Part shown: piece after piece, positions 24,701 through 35,001 of the stretch | Position numbering within the stretch: the stretch's first letter is position 1 | Layout of the letters: the number at the start of each line of letters is the position of its first letter | Source of the DNA: Lingula anatina | Lineage: Eukaryota; Animalia; Brachiopoda | Assembly: GCA_051362555.1 (NCBI GenBank) | Contig: CM120643.1 | Span: 15,412,644-15,476,643, forward strand | Direction of reading: 5' to 3' | Length of the DNA: 64,000 nt | Notes under the pieces: model-generated | Told to the model about the DNA's origin: nothing | What the model saw: only the letters and a program-made list of their open reading frames with translations | The model's database searches: none | Program-made: the position numbers and the translations under genes

Positions 24701-27700
24701 TAAACTAAAGTTAATGACCCCCTAACAGCTTCAGTAGGCGTACCAGACCTCAGAGCAATTTAAGCTGAAAGCAAGTCAGCGAGAAACCCCTTGTAGATGG
24801 GTGGATCCTGCTAGATCGATCTAGGTACTACTGGAACAGGGTTTTATTGTGCTCTCACAAGTTTTTCACAGAGCTTTATTGAATTTTTTTCTGTGAAATG
24901 CTATTAATGAAAATAATCCTGAAATGAGGCTGTGGACACTGTGTGATGTCATTTGAGATAATAAAACTTATGCAAGAATATGCATGAGGTCATTGTTAGG
25001 GGCTGGGCTTTTGGCTATAAGATCTATGCGCCAAGAATATTGTCTGAAAAAGAAATACAAAAGAAACACAAAAACATAGTAAATATAGTCTGTTGTGCAA
25101 AAGACTTATTCTTTAGAAATTAAAAGAAAACGACCAGAAAAATTCCTGTGGACAAATTGTTAGTCTGCCATTATTGTGACTCACTGTCCTCCAAACCCTG
25201 TGAAATCTGACTTGATGTTAATTAAGTTAATTAATAGATTGATTGCAAAGTTTTGAGACTTCAGGCTGTCTCGGGTGACCCATGTTATAACTGTAAATTG
25301 AATTTATGAAATACCCATTTGTATACCATCAGGTTTATTTAAATTTAATTAATTTTTACTTCTTATATATCTGCATATAATATCTTTACAATAAATGAGA
25401 TCATCAAGTCGACTGAAAATAGAGTAAAGTGGAGAACCATGATCAGCAATGCCTGCACCAGGTCTGACACTTGATGATGATGATGATAATATCTGTAAAG
25501 TGTTTACCTATTTTAATCGGTATCATTTTTCATTTATTTATTTCAAGATGGCAGCATCTGACCAATTCCATTAATTTTATTTTATTTGCAGAATATACAA
25601 TGGCAGTGGCTTAGCAGATGGATTGTAATGTTTCTTATTGGTTTCTGCACAGCGCTAGTGGCCGTTGGCGTAGAAATGTCTGTGGATTATATAGTTCATT
25701 ATAAGTTTCTTGCTCTGCAAACATGTAAGTATTTTTCTGTAAAATTATAGAAAAGAAAGTTATTTTAACTTAGATTTTTTGTAGTTAGCAACTAATTGTA
25801 AATGACTCTCGGTCATGATCAGATCTTGTATAATTAAATCTGCACAACTATGAAGCTGTAAGGTAACAGAATGATTATTTGCTGATCAGATTGGTAACAT
25901 CCGTAACTTACAGGCATAGGGAACAATTCCTTGTATCAACAATCTACACTTTACCAGTTTTGAGAAGTTGGCTAAAAGTGATCAATATCTTCATGCATTT
26001 AGTTGTGCGAGTTTAAGAAGTCAATGTCTTCAGACTGTTTGTCAGTGATTTTTGTGTCTTTTAATCAAAATTAGCAACTAATATTTTTTGATCAAATGCC
26101 CCATTCCCTAGATCTTTTAAGAATTGTTAAAACTGAATTTTATCTGTCCCAATTTTTATATTTCAGTAACAGATGAATGCACAGATTCTCAGACTCCAGG
26201 CTGTCTTGCAATCCCTCTGGTGGTGTGGGTGGTAATCAATTGTTTCTGTGTTGTCTTGGGGTCAGCACTAGTCACATATCTAGAGGTGAGGTTGCATTTC
26301 CAGACAAGTTGGGACAGCTTCATATAAGTACAACCTTTTGTAAACTCAGCACACCATTTTGGCCAAGAATTTACCCAATTTAGTAGTCCCATAGTTAGCA
26401 TCACATTGCTTCAACTTTCACAAGTGTTGAATCAGATTTTATATTCAAGTAACAATTGAAAATGTACAATCAAATTTTTAACAACAAAATTGTTTAGTGT
26501 TGTTGTTTTATTATTTTTTTTTCATAGCCGATGGCTACAGGGAGTGGCATCCCACAGGTGAAATGTTATCTGAATGGTATCAAGATGCCAGGTCTAATGA
26601 CCATCCGAGCCTTGCTGGCTAAGGCTGTGGGTGTGGTCATGTCCATATGTGGAGGGTTGGCTTGTGGGAAGGTAAGTGTGGCTGTTGTGTGTGGGTGTGG
26701 CCATGTCCATATTTGGTATGTGTACATTTGAAAAGCAAAGTGACTGTTTTGGGTGGATGTGGTCATATCCATACAAAGAATATTGAATTGTAAGACAATA
26801 AATTGCCAGGTTATTTTCAATATTTTTAAAGTAAGAAGCACATTCAGGTTTAAATTTTTCATCATGTTTGTGTCATCTGATATGATATTATGAAAGTCGG
26901 TAGAACAGGGTTATTCTTGAATAAGAAATGGAATATCAAAAGTCATACACTTTGCTTCTATCCACCGTCTTTGGTTTCTGATCACATGAGACAACAAGAG
27001 AACAGGATGTAGCTGTAAGTGTACTGTATGACACTCTCAGTCAAGAAAAACTTTTTTATGTTATAAAAGTTAAGTTGAGTTGTCTTTAATTGCAGTTTTG
27101 ATAAATGCAATTATTTTTTTGAAAAGATGAAATATGGCAAATATCTTTTTTTGGTTAGGAATTTTTATGCAAGTCTCCATCATTTTAGGAAGGGCCTATG
27201 ATCCACTCCGGTGCCATAGTGGCAGCTGGTATTTCTCAGGGACGAGCCAGGAGGTGCGGCCGCAGGTATGATCCAAGGATTTTCAAGTTTTTGCGTTCTG
27301 ATCACGAAAGGCGGGACTTTGTGTCAGCAGGAGCAGCTGCAGGCGTCGCTGCAGCATTTGGTGCCCCTATAGGTGGCGTCTTATTCAGTCTGGAGGAAGG
27401 TGCAAGTTTTTGGAATCAAATGCTAACCTGGAGAATGGTAAAATGATCCTTTAAAATTATTGATTGATTTGATGATCTTTGGAGTGATATTCTCAATTAA
27501 TCAGTTATTAGCAATTCAGTCAATTATTGAAGTTCTTTTATCCTTAATTATGAATGATCATTAGTCAGAGACTAAGATATAAAAATGTTTAGAATTTGAT
27601 AAAAGGTTTTTGAAGGAAAAATGTAACATTTTTGCCTTTTTAGAAAATAAAACATGAAAATAATGTTTAGTTCTAGGTATGTGCTGGTGTTAAGTAACAT

Positions 27701-30700
27701 CTTATTCTATCAGCAAAGCAACAAACTTATTTTGCCTTGAAATTCTTGACTTTATTAAGCTGTACAACACTTACTGTTTCCAGTTATTTGCCTCCATGAC
27801 AGCCACTTTTTCTGTCAACATTATTCTAAGTGCCATTCACGGTAATGCTGCTGATCTCTCCAATCCAGGACTGGTCAGTTTTGGACAGTTCACCGTAAGT
27901 TACTGACTTCAAATAATGCAATTAACCACAAGCCTGCTTACATCAGTTCTGAAATAAATATTTTTAATGCAAGTAACCACAGACTTGTTCACATCAATTC
28001 CAAGTTTGGTCACAGTCAGACAAAATATTACATAAAATGTTAGGCTTATGTAGAATAATCAACCAGCTGTCAGATGTTGTGAGTTAGTCTGCATGTTATA
28101 TTATATGTTAAATTATTATATATTGTATTGGTTTTGATAATTTAAAAATTACATTGTTATTTCTTTCAGGACATAACATATGATACAATAGAATTCCCAA
28201 TATTTATTCTTATGGCAGTGTTTGGTGAGTCTGGCTTGTTAAGATTTAATATATGTCTGATCATTTTTAATATCATTGGTTCCTTCCAACTTCATGTCAT
28301 GTTAGTCTTTATACTGTACGTGACACGGAATAACATATTGGTTTACAAAGATGCTTTACACTCAAAATACTGTTTTTTAATGTCAGATATTAAATATTCA
28401 AATTAATTATTTTTGGTGTTGACAAGAGAGATTTATCACAAGAGTTTGGACTATTTCAGGGGGCCTTACAGGGGCACTGTTTGTAAGGATGAACTACCAC
28501 TTGTCTATATTTAGGAGAAAGTAAGTATAGCAAATAAGATAATTATTTTTATGTCTATATTGTGGAAAAAATGAGTGCTATATACATAAATGAAATTTAT
28601 TTTTTCATTTGTCCATGTTTAGGAGAAAGTAAGCATGGTATCTCGGATAAGTTGCTTTTTTTTCATAAAAACTGGAACTTTCTTGATGGAAAAGTAACAC
28701 ATTAATAACTGTTATAACTATATGTTAGGAATAATGATCTATATTAAGTTTTTTAAAAATCTTATTCATAAAGGACATTTTTTTATATTACCACAGAAGC
28801 TCATATATAATTTCCATTTTTCTTTTTCATTGCATACAGATTCGTCAGAAAAAAATGGCTGAAAGTGTTGGAGGCAGTGGTGATAGCGGCAGTCAGTGCA
28901 GTGACGGCCTATTTTCTTGTTTATACTTGGCATGGTTGTAAAGATAGTTTGGAGAAGAAGGATATTCATGATGATATGGGTGTGAAGGTGGGTAAGCAGG
29001 TTGAAATATTATCTTCAAAGTGTACATAGAAGTACTGCTGGGTGGATCCTGGTTAAGATTTCAGCATTTATATTTCAATCTCTGTCATAGAATGGCATAA
29101 AATAAAGACAAACACGCTATTCAAGCTGTTCACACATGTGACTTTTATTCTACTTCTCCTAACTACTTACAGATGGCGCTTTAGGCCAAGACGTATATGA
29201 CAATCTCCATGTTTTTTTAAAGACTGAATTGATTTCTCAGAACAGAAATGAGGTAATGCACTTGTCAATTTAGACTCTTAAAACTTTCATCCTCTGGGAA
29301 CCAAAATCGATCCAGACTTGACATGTTGCCGAAACTACATAACAAAGGAAAGTGATTAGAACAATTTTTGAGAGTTTCTAGAGTACTGCTTGTTCTACTT
29401 AACAGTGATTAGACTTAAATAAGATTATGACCCAGCCTGTGCCAAGATACTGTGTAGATTATAAATTATGAATGTTGAGAAGCAAATAATATATGGTACA
29501 GTCCCATAAATATAATTTAGTATTTGCTCCTCTGTTGTATCTTTTCCCTTTTGCAGGACCTTTCACATTTCTGTCCTTTCTAATTAAGATGAAGGGAACT
29601 GAATAAGAATTGAATTATATTTCTTAATTGTCTTAATTCTCCATTTTGTTGGATACATGAGTTGAAATTATAAGAATAGACTGAGTGAGAAAGTTGTGCA
29701 GTGGTAGAAAACAGCAATACACTCTGACCTTGAGTACTCTGAATCATTCAGTTATGCCACTTTTTCTGTATTTAGATGCTCATAAACTTACTTTGAAATT
29801 TCACAATTTATTTGACTAAGGAACCAATTTCTTTTCCAGTTATTTTGTGACTATGCAGAGAAGAATGAGTTTTCTGTGATCTTTTTCAAATCTCCAGAAG
29901 GCAGTTTGAAAGGCATGTTACATGATGGTAAGACTTTAGATAATGCCTATTAGATAGCAAAATATTTTTTTAAAGATTTTATGGTCCCAACACATAATCC
30001 TATGGGTTCTAGGCTTTCAGGCTATGTACCATTCTCCTTGTGTGGGGGCAGAGTGGTAAATTTCATTGTTTGCAGCACTAGTGCAGTAAAATTTAGTGAG
30101 ATATTTAGAATGGGTTTATAGATGATTATTTCTCCCTTTTCCTCATTCATAAATTTTTATTCTTACTTTTATAGTACATATACATCTGTTCAGCTGAGAC
30201 AACAGGATAATTACAAATTTACATTTAGACCTTTAAATCTTTGGTTATTTTTATATATGATCAGTGTATGAAGTTGCTCTACTCACTCATAAATTTAATG
30301 AGCAGACTATTTTTCCAGAAAATTTTGAGCCAGGGACTTTAGCACTACTGGCTGTGTACTTTTACTTTCTGACCTGTTGGACGTATGGTCTCAGCGTGTC
30401 GAGTGGTGTCTTTATCCCCTGTCTGCTGACTGGTGCGGCATGGGGGAGGCTAGTGGGACAGGGCCTTCACAGACTGATACCTCACTTGGTCCAGGTGGGT
30501 AGTGGGTGGTCAGTGGGAGAGAGAGAGGTGTTAACAGACTGATACCTCACTTAGTTCAGGTGGGTAGTGGGTGGTCAGTGGGAGAGAGAGAGGTGTTAAC
30601 AGACTGATACCTCACTTAGTTCAGGTGGGTAGTGGGTGGTCAGTGGGAGAGAGAGAGGTGTTAACAGACTGATACCTCACTTAGTTCAGGTGGGTAGTGG

Positions 30701-33700
30701 GTGGTCAGTGGGAGAGAGAGGGAGGTGTTAACAGACTGATACCTCACTTAGTTCAGGTGGGTAGTGGGTGGTTAGTGGGAGAGAGAGAGGTGTTAACAGA
30801 CTGATACCTCACTTAGTTCAGGTGGGTAGTGGGTGGTCAGTGGGAGAGAGAGAGGTGTTAACAGACTGATACCTCACTTAGTTCAGGTGGGTAGTGGGTG
30901 GTCAGTGGGAGAGAGAGAGAGAGAGAGAGAGGTGTTAACAGACTGATACCTCACTTAGTTCAGGTGGGTAGTGGGTGGTCAGTGGGAGAGAGAGGGATGT
31001 TAACAGACTGATACCTCACTTAGTTCAGGTGGGTAGTGGGTGGTTAGTGAGAGAGAGGGGTGTTAACAGACTGATACCTCACTTAGTTCAGGTGGGTAGT
31101 GGGTGGTTAGTGAGAGAGAGGGGTGTTAACAGACTGATACCTCACTTAGTTCAGGTGGGTAGTGGGTGGTTAGTGAGAGAGAGGGGTGTTAACAGACTGA
31201 TACCTCACTTAGTTCAGGTGGGTAGTGGGTGGTCAGTGGGAGAGAGAGAGAGAGAGAGAAGTGTGTTAAGAGACTGATACCTCACTTAGTTCAGGTGGAT
31301 AGTGGGTGGTCATTGGGGAAGGGAGAGGTTTGGACTGATACTACACTTAGTACAGGTAGGCAGTGGGTGGTCAGGGGGAGAGGAAAGGGGGTAAACAGAC
31401 TGTTACTGTACACAGCTCTCTTCATCCTAAATGTGCCCTGAATATATATATGTCCCAGGTGCTGAGCTATTGAATGTGCCAGTTTTAGATTGAAATTTTC
31501 TGACCAGTTTTGTTTTCAAACTGGGTGTACTGTGTTGAAACTTTTATTTGTTGACAATTATTTAACAAACTAACATGCACTATATACCTTAACCATATTC
31601 TTTCAACTTCCAGGCCAACAATGTGAGCAAGTATGCCCTGATAGGAGCTGCCTGTCAGCTAGGTGGTATTGTCAGGATGACCATCAGCCTCACTGTGATC
31701 ATCATAGAGTGCACAGGAGACATCACGTTTGGTCTTCCCATCATGTTTACGCTGCTCATCACGAAGTGGACTGCGGACTTCTTCAATGCAGTAGGCTTTG
31801 GTTTTTGTTGATTGATTGACTGACTGACTGACTAGTTGGTTGGTTGGTTGATTGGTTGGCTGGCTGGTTGGCTGGCTGACTGACTGACTGACTGGTTGGT
31901 TGGCTGGCTGATTGGTTGGTTGGTTGGTTGGTTGGCTGGTTGGTTGGTTGGTTGGCTGGCTGGCTGACTGGTTGGCTGACTAACTGACTGACTGGTTAGT
32001 TGGTTGGTTGGTGGGCTGGCTGGCTGGCTGACTTGCACTGACTGGTTGGTTGTTTAGTTGGTTAGTTGATGAATGGATGGATGGACTGTCTGAATGACTG
32101 ACTAGTTGGTTAATCGGTAGGTTGGTTGGTTGATTGGTTGGTGTGTTGGTTGATTGATAGGTAGGTAGGCTGGTTGATTGGTGGGTTGGTTGGTTAGTTG
32201 ATTGGTAGGTAGGTTGATTAGTTTGACTTAATTGCTGGAAGGTGATTAACATTCTCACATAATGGTTGGCAGAATGAGTTAATGGTTATCTCTAATTCTG
32301 ATTGTTCATTTTTGTCTCATACATTCAAGATCAACACAGTGATCATTTTCATCTTTTTACATAAAGCAAAATAATGGTATCTTTTTATCTGTAACAGCGC
32401 CTATTGGTTTTGCAGTAAAAAATTTAAATAATAGATTCTAGTACTGCTGCACATTTGTTCAATCTTCACAGTTGATATTAAATACAGTACCAATCTGATA
32501 CCCGATAGAAGATGTTTTAATTTTGAATTATTTGACGTATTTCCAGGGGATTTATGACATGCACATCATGCTAGGCGGGTTGCCTTTCTTGTCATGGGAA
32601 GCTCCTCCACTGTGTTACAATGTCAAAGCAAGGTAGATTGAGGACATTTGATTATAAATTGAAAACAGTCATATTTGCCTGGAGATCATTGTTAACTTGT
32701 GTCTCTTAAAGCAGTGCCAAATACTTATAATTTTGAATAATACACTTTGAATTAAATTAATGTTAATTCATGGACTTTAAGGAGACTTAATAACCTGCAG
32801 CAGTTGTAACGTTTGCCTTGAATCCAGTTGTAAATAGGAAAGATTGAAATGTAGGGCATTGTACACTTGAAAATATCTGAAAAAGCATTAAATAAATATG
32901 ATCATGATTCAAACTAAAGTAGTTTATTGGTACATTTTTAGGTTTATTTTAGACTATTTTTACACTGAGTCTCCTGTATCTGCTAATTAAAATCAGTTAA
33001 AAGAAGGCTGAAATTTGTTTCTTTTTTTCCTTTTATTGAAATTTATAATAATTCATTACTTTACGGAAGTGATATGATTGCAGGCATGTGATGGCACGCC
33101 GTGTAGTGACCTTGAACTCTTTGGAAAAAGTCGGCACCATGATTGACATGCTTAAAGATCGTAAGAAGCGACATTCAGGCTTTCCTGTTGTGGAAGCTAT
33201 TGATGGAGAAAAGGTATTTCTCAAGGATTTCTCAAGAACTTCAGGATTTTTAGGAAGATACAGTGGGTCACAGGATGATTAATTTTAAAAGAGAATCTAC
33301 ATTTTTTTATAATTTTAAGTCTAACTTTTAAGAGAGAATCTGCATTTTTTTTTCTAATTAAAAATCTTCATTAAAAGAAAAAATACTTCAGAATGGACAC
33401 TTTCTTTCTTATTTCTTTTTACTGAGTTTTAAAATGATTGTTGCTGTGCTTTCAGGTGAAGCCTAAGACATACGGCAAGTTGATAGGATTTATGCTCAGG
33501 TCACAGCTCACATATCTTCTAAGAGAAAAGGCATGTAATATCAGTTAGTTATTTATATTTTAGGCCACTTATTAAGATGCATTGTCACTGATACAGGTTG
33601 CATTAATTGCATTGAATTCATCTTAGAATGAGACCATTAACCAGACAATGCAAGTGACATCTATGAAAAGTTTCAGCTTTCGATTGAATATCTCTTCAAG

Positions 33701-34968
33701 GAATGTGTTTAGATAGCTGTACTAGTAGTTCATAAGAAATAGATCATTAGGTTTTGTAAATTATAAAAAGATTCTGCCTTTGCTTGTCACCTTTTTGCAT
33801 TTGCATTTTTAGCCTATTTTTGGCCTTTGATATTTATAAATAGTATTTTAGTTTATTTGTGAAATGGTAATTATTTTCAGGGCCTTAGTTTTTCCAATGG
33901 TGTTGCTACCCCTAAACCATTCAGTCTCCAAGACTTCATGGATGCCAAGTCTAGAAATCTTCCTGTAGAGGTATGTGCTTCCCTTGCACTGCTTGGCCTT
34001 GTTACTCAGTGTTATGGTGGGCTATTTTTTGCTTTTAATTATGTTTTAACTTTTTATGCTTATTACTACATGAAGATTTATCAAAGGTATCTCAGTTCAC
34101 ACTCTGAAGTGCACATTTCAGTTTTTTGGATTATAAACCTGAAATACTTTTTTGAGTGAGCATACTAGAACTGCTTATTAACATACGTTTGAACTAAATA
34201 AAGAGGACTGAATCCGTTTCAATAAATTTTATATTTAGATCTATGGCAGTTTTTTTGATATTTTAAATTGGCATGGACACAGGAAGTAAGATGAATATAT
34301 TGTTGTAATAAGTGCTTTTGGCCTTATTTTTAACAGATAAGATATCAGTGTGTCAATATTCAGTGAATAGAATAATTATATTTTATTGCATGATGTTAAT
34401 TGTGTAGTTAGTTCTTTGCTTTAATGAATGATACATGTACTAAGCATGTTGGAAGTTGTCTTTTTCTGGATCATGTGGTTCTTGTACCCATTTGGTGGGC
34501 AAGTTTTGAAATTTGGAGGGGGTGTGAATTTCTTCTCTGGTAACTTTTTTACTCTAAGAGATAAAGCCTTATTTTATCTCTTGAGCCTGTTAATTTTACT
34601 GTCAAAATGCAAATGAAACGGTTTAGATATTGTTTTGAATTGAAGTGATCTGCTTTAACAGTGCTATATGTCTACATCTGCATGAAGTGTCCTGTTCAGT
34701 TTTAATCACCATCACTTTGGAGTACGTAACACCTGTTTGAAATACTTTATGTTTGAAGTGTTGTGCATCTTAATAAAATAATGTAGCAAATGTGTGCTTT
34801 TCCAACTTTTTTCTTTAGTTTGGCATCACATGACTTGGCTTATTCAGTGTATAGATGGCGCTGGTAATGCTGCCCACAATGCAACAAGTACCCCCTGTTA
34901 GCAAGTATGAGTTTATTAGTACTTGAGAAAATACAATCATGGTATTAGTAGTTGCATTCTGCTTTTTT

Positions 34969-35001
<33 letters not shown>

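Noticed and set aside
30975-31441. ORFs with [13 protein letters not shown] repeats as a protein
   Set aside because: Open only because three units are 63 bp; intronic and preceded by in-frame stops.
31832-32258. Q/P/T/N-rich minus-strand ORFs
   Set aside because: Translation of a tetranucleotide microsatellite.
29125-34865. CTCF-like AGATGGCGCT cores at ~29131 and ~34853
   Set aside because: Partial motif matches only; such strings also occur in repeats.
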